NCBI GenBank assembly: GCA_903911145.1
Contig: CAIWCD010000001.1
Location: 1-64,000 of the forward strand
DNA: 64,000 nucleotides
Reading direction: 5' to 3'
Origin: an uncultured delta proteobacterium
GTDB lineage: Bacteria; Myxococcota; Myxococcia; Myxococcales; 40CM-4-68-19
Shown here: in pieces, positions 62,577-64,000 of the stretch
Position numbering within the stretch: the stretch's first letter is position 1
Layout: every line of letters begins with the position of its first letter
Translations under genes and position numbers: made by a program
Notes under the pieces: generated by a model
Told to the model about the DNA's origin: nothing
Seen by the model: only the letters and a program-made list of their open reading frames with translations
Database searches by the model: none

Positions 62577-63680
62577 GTTCTCGTCCTCGTCCTCGCCAAA
62601 CCGATCTCGCTTGAACGCCGCTTCGAGCGTCTCGTCGAGCTTCGCCAATAGATCGCGATTCCCGTCCTGCGAATAGCGCTCAAGGTTGTGCTCGAATTCG
62701 GGAATGCGCGAGAGGAACTCCGAGAGCTTCTCGCGGGTCAACTGCTCCGCGCAGAGACCATATCCCTCTGCCTCGAGATATCGCGCGTTCAAGACCTGCT
62801 CGAACTGCTTCTGCACCGGCACCGAGAGCATCGGCCGACGCAGATAGACCGCCTCGCCCATCAACGTAAATCCGCCGCCCGAGATCACGCCGCGCGCCGT
62901 GCGGAGATCGTCGATAAACCCCTGCTCGCTAAATGGGCGATAGAGCAGTTTTCCATCGCGCAGATCCTCCTTGAGTTCGCGCTTGACGCCATAGATGCGG
63001 CACTCAATATTCGCCGCCTTGAGAATCTCGGGCAGCTCAGTATTGGTCGTATAGGTCTGATAGACCAGCAGGTGCTCGCCCGGTTCCGCCTTCGCCGCGA
63101 GGATCTCCGGGCGCAGGATGGGCGGGTGCAGAGTCGTGCGCTTCTTGCGGATCGGCGGATAGAAGAACGTGCTGATTAAGTAGTGATAAGCGCCAGGAAC
63201 CTTGCTCTTAATGATCCCCTTGGCCGTCTGAAACTCGGCCTCGTGGCCCGCCATGATGCTTGGCTCGTGCTGGCAGCGATTGATGATCTGCATATTGTCG
63301 ACCGAGATGATCGGCAGGCGGTGATTCTTCCCGAAGAGATAGCTCCAGCTCTCGAAATCGGAGATCACCACGTCCGGCTTGAACGATGAGGCCAGGTCGA
63401 AATAGGCGCGGATATTCTGCGGCCAGCCACCCGAAAAGGCCCCCTTTACATTCTCCAACAGCGTCTTGAAATTCCGGACCTCGTTATCCTCGGTGACAAT
63501 GGTCAGGCCCCAGATCTTCTTGACGTGCAGATGCTCATTGGCGCGCTTGGCGAGGTAATCGTGCGCCCGCCCGGAGACGACAACCTGCACGTCGTGCTTC
63601 TTCACCAGTTCGTCGAGGATCACGCGCGACCGGATCGCGTGGCCCATTCCTTCTCCGACGACGCCATAGAGAATTCGCAT
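62565..63680 (-). CDS. MJ1255/VC2487-family glycosyltransferase (GT-B)
   Basis: MRILYGVVGEGMGHAIRS, PDVVISDFE, GGGFTLMGEAVYL, QFEQVLNA. Confidence 0.88.
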   Translation of the reverse strand: MRILYGVVGEGMGHAIRSRVILDELVKKHDVQVVVSGRAHDYLAKRANEHLHVKKIWGLTIVTEDNEVRNFKTLLENVKGAFSGGWPQNIRAYFDLASSFKPDVVISDFESWSYLFGKNHRLPIISVDNMQIINRCQHEPSIMAGHEAEFQTAKGIIKSKVPGAYHYLISTFFYPPIRKKRTTLHPPILRPEILAAKAEPGEHLLVYQTYTTNTELPEILKAANIECRIYGVKRELKEDLRDGKLLYRPFSEQGFIDDLRTARGVISGGGFTLMGEAVYLRRPMLSVPVQKQFEQVLNARYLEAEGYGLCAEQLTREKLSEFLSRIPEFEHNLERYSQDGNRDLLAKLDETLEAAFKRDRFGEDEDENSLA

Positions 63681-63747
63681 GCAGGACCTCGTTGATTGAT
63701 TAGACCCCACTCTACTGCAACGGCGCTTCGCGCGAGGCGTGTCTTGA

Positions 63748-64000
63748 TTAACCGCGGGCGTCTTCTATCCGATCAAGCCGCCACAATTCCGGCCAGGCGA
63801 AGCGGACGACGGCGACAACCAGAAGAGTCCCGATGCCGCCGCCAACCACCGCGGGGATCGCGCCGAAGAGCCCCGCAGCAAGGCCCGATTCGAAATCGCC
63901 CATCTCATTGGAGAGTCCAATGAAGACCCAATGGATCGCGGCAATTCTTCCTCTCAATGCATCAGGCGATACGACCTGCTCGAGCGTGCTGCGAATGACC
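63748..64000 (-). CDS. MFS transporter (DHA3/EntS-like), C-terminal part only
   Basis: Frame stays open to the window end: VIRSTLEQVVSPDALRGRIAA..FIGLSNEMGDFESG..AVVGGGIGTL. Confidence 0.85.
   Translation of the reverse strand, partial: VIRSTLEQVVSPDALRGRIAAIHWVFIGLSNEMGDFESGLAAGLFGAIPAVVGGGIGTLLVVAVVRFAWPELWRLDRIEDARG

Overview
High-GC chromosomal window, most likely from a myxobacterial (Myxococcota-like) organism; this is inferred from two MYXO-CTERM-like sorting tails, a Cys-repeat/DAG lipoprotein and the style of the chemosensory cluster. 1-29 kb is a cell-surface region: a 5'-truncated Pro/Ser-repeat protein, a glycosyltransferase resembling plant HPAT/SRGT enzymes, ffh, a ~1400-aa Cys-repeat lipoprotein, and two giant paralogous beta-helix + Ig-like MYXO-CTERM proteins (~3070 and ~2670 aa) flanking a TraB-like beta-barrel/OmpA gene. 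31-40.6 kb is a fully coupled Wsp-like chemosensory operon facing a convergent Hpt-REC-GGDEF cyclase. The rest is mostly housekeeping: ABC-2 transporter, PaaI, hrpB, miaE, ctaA/ctaB (both with extra membrane segments), tRNA-Ala(CGC), cytochrome c peroxidase, P-type ATPase, prfC, oxidoreductases, an antiporter, a glycosyltransferase and a partial MFS gene. I found no CRISPR array, integrase, transposase or rRNA. The best candidate for an undescribed system is the twin adhesin + TraB-like module; second is the eukaryote-like O-glycosyltransferase next to the repeat protein. All family calls come from reading motifs by eye, not from database searches.
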